Below are positions 61,451 to 64,000 of a stretch of DNA of 64,000 bases, one piece after another. The position numbers and the translations under genes are program-made. The DNA lies in NCBI GenBank assembly GCA_039808485.1, contig JBDHTD010000001.1, forward strand, positions 64,116 through 128,115, written 5' to 3'. Origin of the DNA: Aquamicrobium sp. (GTDB lineage Bacteria; Pseudomonadota; Alphaproteobacteria; Rhizobiales; Rhizobiaceae). Within the stretch, counting starts at the first letter, position 1. Each line of letters starts with the position of its first letter. The notes beneath the pieces are model-generated. The model saw only the letters and a program-made list of their open reading frames with translations. It searched no databases and was not told where the DNA came from.

Positions 61451-62593
61451 ATGCGTTCTTCCGCCGCCCCCCTCGTCATCGGTATCGCCATCCTGTTCGG
61501 CTCGCCGACGCCGGCCGCCTTTCAGGACATGGCGAGCTTCGTCTCGGGAACCGAAAGGGCGTCGGCGCGCTGGGGCGCGTTCGTCGAGAAGTCGGTCGCG
61601 GGCTCGGTCCACAGCGCCGAGATGCCGTTCCTCGATCCGGCCCTCGACGCGACGACGACAGGCTCGGTCTCGGGCAGCGGGCTCACCGCGCCCGGCCTCG
61701 GCGCCGTGGCGCTGCGCGGCAAGGCCGAGGCGAGCGACACGCCGGACGAGGCCCGCGTCAACCGCGCCGACAAGCGCGGCCGCGTCGCCCATGTCGTTCC
61801 GGTCGCGCCGCCGAAATCGTTCAATGCCGGCTCGGTGTTCCAGCGCACAAGCATGATCGACATGCCCGAGGGCGAGCCCGACATGGCGATGGCCTTCGTC
61901 GAGCCGGCGATCAAGGGCAAGGAAATCGAGATCGCCGCCGCCTTCCACGTCCGCGAGGACGCGACGGCCGAACCCGGCGTTCCCGCTTTCCTTGCCGCGC
62001 TGGTCAACAACGACAGGCCGGACATCCTGGCCACCGCCTATGCGCCGGCCGAGCCGGACTACGCCCGCGCCTCGCCCTTCGCCAGCCTGCTTCAGGACGA
62101 GGAGGCCGGCGGCCGCTTCGTTCCCCCGGTCGCCGAGGGCGACCATCAGTGGATGAGCAAGCCGCTGCCGGAGCACGTCTTCACCGCCGACGAGCAGAAA
62201 TGCCTGGCCGAGGGCATCTATTTCGAGGCGCGCGGCGAGGACGTGAAGGGGCAGGCGGCCGTGGCCCAGGTCATCCTGAACCGGGTGCGCAATCCCGCCT
62301 ATCCCGCGACGATCTGCGGCGTAGTCTACCAGAACAAGAGCTGGCGCAATCGCTGCCAGTTCTCCTTCGCCTGCGACGGCACCCGCCCGCGTGTGCGCAG
62401 CCAGGAGCATTATCGCGTCGCTCAGGAGGTCGCGATGGCGGTGACCGCCGGCAAGATATTCATCCCCGAGGTCGGCTCGGCCACGCACTATCACGCAACT
62501 TACGTCCATCCGCGCTGGGCGCGCACCATGGAGAAGATGAAGAAGATCGGCCTGCACATCTTCTATCGCACCCATGGCGGCGGCTGGAGTTAG
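61451..62593 (+). CDS. SleB-like (Hydrolase_2) cell wall hydrolase
   Basis: N-terminal export signal, C-terminal CLAEGIYFEARGE...AVAQVILNRV...CQFSF...HY...W...IGLHIFY. Start ATG 61451; GTG 61400 is an alternative. Confidence 0.9.
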   Translation: MRSSAAPLVIGIAILFGSPTPAAFQDMASFVSGTERASARWGAFVEKSVAGSVHSAEMPFLDPALDATTTGSVSGSGLTAPGLGAVALRGKAEASDTPDEARVNRADKRGRVAHVVPVAPPKSFNAGSVFQRTSMIDMPEGEPDMAMAFVEPAIKGKEIEIAAAFHVREDATAEPGVPAFLAALVNNDRPDILATAYAPAEPDYARASPFASLLQDEEAGGRFVPPVAEGDHQWMSKPLPEHVFTADEQKCLAEGIYFEARGEDVKGQAAVAQVILNRVRNPAYPATICGVVYQNKSWRNRCQFSFACDGTRPRVRSQEHYRVAQEVAMAVTAGKIFIPEVGSATHYHATYVHPRWARTMEKMKKIGLHIFYRTHGGGWS

Positions 62594-62630
62594 GCCGCAG
62601 GCCGACTTCGGCCGCGGCCCCCGCGGCCGG

Positions 62631-62646
62631 GGATTCGCGCGAATCC
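62631..62646. promoter_or_regulatory. 16-bp perfect palindrome carrying two GANTC (CcrM) sites
   Basis: GGATTCGCGCGAATCC contains GATTC at 62632 and GAATC at 62641. Confidence 0.45.
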
Positions 62647-62736
62647 GTCCCCGCCGATCCGGCAACGGCCACCCCGCAGCTTCAACATATTGAAAAATAT
62701 CGCGAATTAAGTTCCCCCGGATCGGGTCGTCCCGGC

Positions 62737-62765
62737 TTGACTGGATTGGGGGGGCTCACTATGTT
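62737..62765 (+). promoter_or_regulatory. Putative sigma-70 promoter of the atpI-atpB operon
   Basis: TTGACT-N17-TATGTT, with a G7 run in the spacer, 55 nt upstream of atpI. Confidence 0.65.
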
Positions 62766-62820
62766 GCGCGCGACTTTGAAAGCGGAAAGCCGAAGATGGT
62801 TGTCCGGGCAGGAGGTTGCG

Positions 62821-63240
62821 ATGGCCGGCTCTGAAAAGCCGGGCGAAGCGGGAAACCCCTCGCCCGACAGCGCGGGCCGACCGGACGGGGGCGATCGGGA
62901 CGATCTCGAACGCCGCGGCCGCGAACTGGACAAGGCGCTGGCGGCGAAAAGGCCGGCAGCCGGAAGCCAGGACGGACGCGGCAGGCCTGGAACGGACGGC
63001 ATGGCGGGGTTCGGGCAGGCGCTGCGGCTGTCGAGCGAGTTCATCGCCGGCGTCGCGGTCGGCGCGGGCCTCGGCTGGCTGATCGACAGGCTGGCGGGGA
63101 CGTCGCCCTGGGGCCTGATCGTCTTTCTGCTTCTCGGCTTCGCCGCCGGCGTGCTCAACGTCCTGCGCTCGGCAGGGATGGTTGCGGAGCCGAAGACTGG
63201 AATTCCCCGCCCCGACAAGGGGCGGCGGGACGGCAAATGA
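62821..63240 (+). CDS. atpI: ATP synthase protein I (AtpZ/AtpI family)
   Basis: LSSEFIAGVAVGAGLGWLIDRLAGTSPWGLIVFLLLGFAAGVLNV, directly before atpB. Confidence 0.9.
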   Translation: MAGSEKPGEAGNPSPDSAGRPDGGDRDDLERRGRELDKALAAKRPAAGSQDGRGRPGTDGMAGFGQALRLSSEFIAGVAVGAGLGWLIDRLAGTSPWGLIVFLLLGFAAGVLNVLRSAGMVAEPKTGIPRPDKGRRDGK

Positions 63241-63282
63241 ACTAGCGCCGAGAAGGCGCGCGACGCAACGAGGGGGTCCAGG

Positions 63283-64000
63283 TTGGCCAACGATCCGATC
63301 CACCAGTTTCACATCACGGACCTGATTCCGATCGAGGTCGGCGGCTACGATTTCTCGTTCACCAACTCGTCGCTGTTCATGGTGGCCACCGTCGCCATCG
63401 CCGGCGGTTTCCTCTATCTGACGACCGCCAGCCGCGGCCTGGTGCCGAGCCGGATGCAGTCGGTCTCGGAAATGTCCTACGAGTTCGTCGCCAACATGCT
63501 GCGCGAGTCGGCCGGAACCGGGGGCATGCGGTTCTTCCCGCTGGTGTTCTCGCTGTTCATGTTCATCCTCGTCGCCAACATGCTCGGCATGTTTCCCTAT
63601 TTCTTCACGGTGACAGCCCAGATCATCGTCACCTTCGCCCTTGCGATGCTGGTCATCAGCACGGTGGTGATCTACGGCTTCTGGAAGCACGGGCTGAAGT
63701 TCCTCGGCCTGTTCGTGCCGCAGGGCGTTCCGGGCATTCTCGTGCCTCTGGTGGTTGTGATCGAGTTCGTCTCGTTCCTGTCGCGTCCGATCAGCCATTC
63801 GGTGCGTCTGTTCGCCGTCATGCTGGCTGGCCATATCGCGCTGAAGGTGTTTGCCGGATTCATCGTCTCGCTTGGTGGCCTGGGTGCGCTCGGCATCGGC
63901 ACCGCGATCCTGCCGCTCTTCATGGTCGTTGCGCTGACCGGCCTCGAATTCCTGATGTCGTTCATCCAGGCCTATGTCTTCACGATCCTGACCTGCATGT
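63283..64000 (+). CDS. atpB: F0F1 ATP synthase subunit a (partial, runs off the window; not in the ORF track)
   Basis: TTG start, then [46 protein letters not shown]. Read by hand. Confidence 0.95.
   Translation, partial: MANDPIHQFHITDLIPIEVGGYDFSFTNSSLFMVATVAIAGGFLYLTTASRGLVPSRMQSVSEMSYEFVANMLRESAGTGGMRFFPLVFSLFMFILVANMLGMFPYFFTVTAQIIVTFALAMLVISTVVIYGFWKHGLKFLGLFVPQGVPGILVPLVVVIEFVSFLSRPISHSVRLFAVMLAGHIALKVFAGFIVSLGGLGALGIGTAILPLFMVVALTGLEFLMSFIQAYVFTILTCM

Overview
This is about 64 kb of GC-rich (roughly 70%) core chromosome from a Hyphomicrobiales alphaproteobacterium. Gene order and protein sequences look Phyllobacteriaceae-like (Mesorhizobium/Aquamicrobium relatives; inference). About 70 CDS are supportable. 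They include ccrM, thrC, ispH-thrB-rnhA, the aa3 cytochrome c oxidase operon, tldD, cobB, dxs, xseB, aroC, ribB, fabI, pdxH, purD, ubiA, tsaC, glyQ/glyS, ispB, ispE, moaB, rnhB and the start of the F0 ATP synthase operon (atpI, partial atpB). I found no rRNA, tRNA, CRISPR array, integrase or transposase. Accessory-looking insertions are a vapBC toxin-antitoxin pair between purD and ubiA, a low-GC DUF4760-like membrane protein next to aroC, an NTF2-like gene after pdxH, and an isochorismatase gene inside glyQS. The most unusual feature is a second copy of the first 15 codons of glyS, 118 bp upstream of the gene. It differs only at five synonymous third positions and opens a 41-aa mini-ORF that links glyQ, the isochorismatase gene and glyS through stop/start overlaps. 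Other short duplications occur in or next to core genes (thrC, purD, tlyA). A TPR protein carries a C-terminal LysM domain. Recognisable CtrA, LexA, FNR-like and LiuR-like sites are present. Many start codons were moved from the ORF track to better-supported downstream starts.
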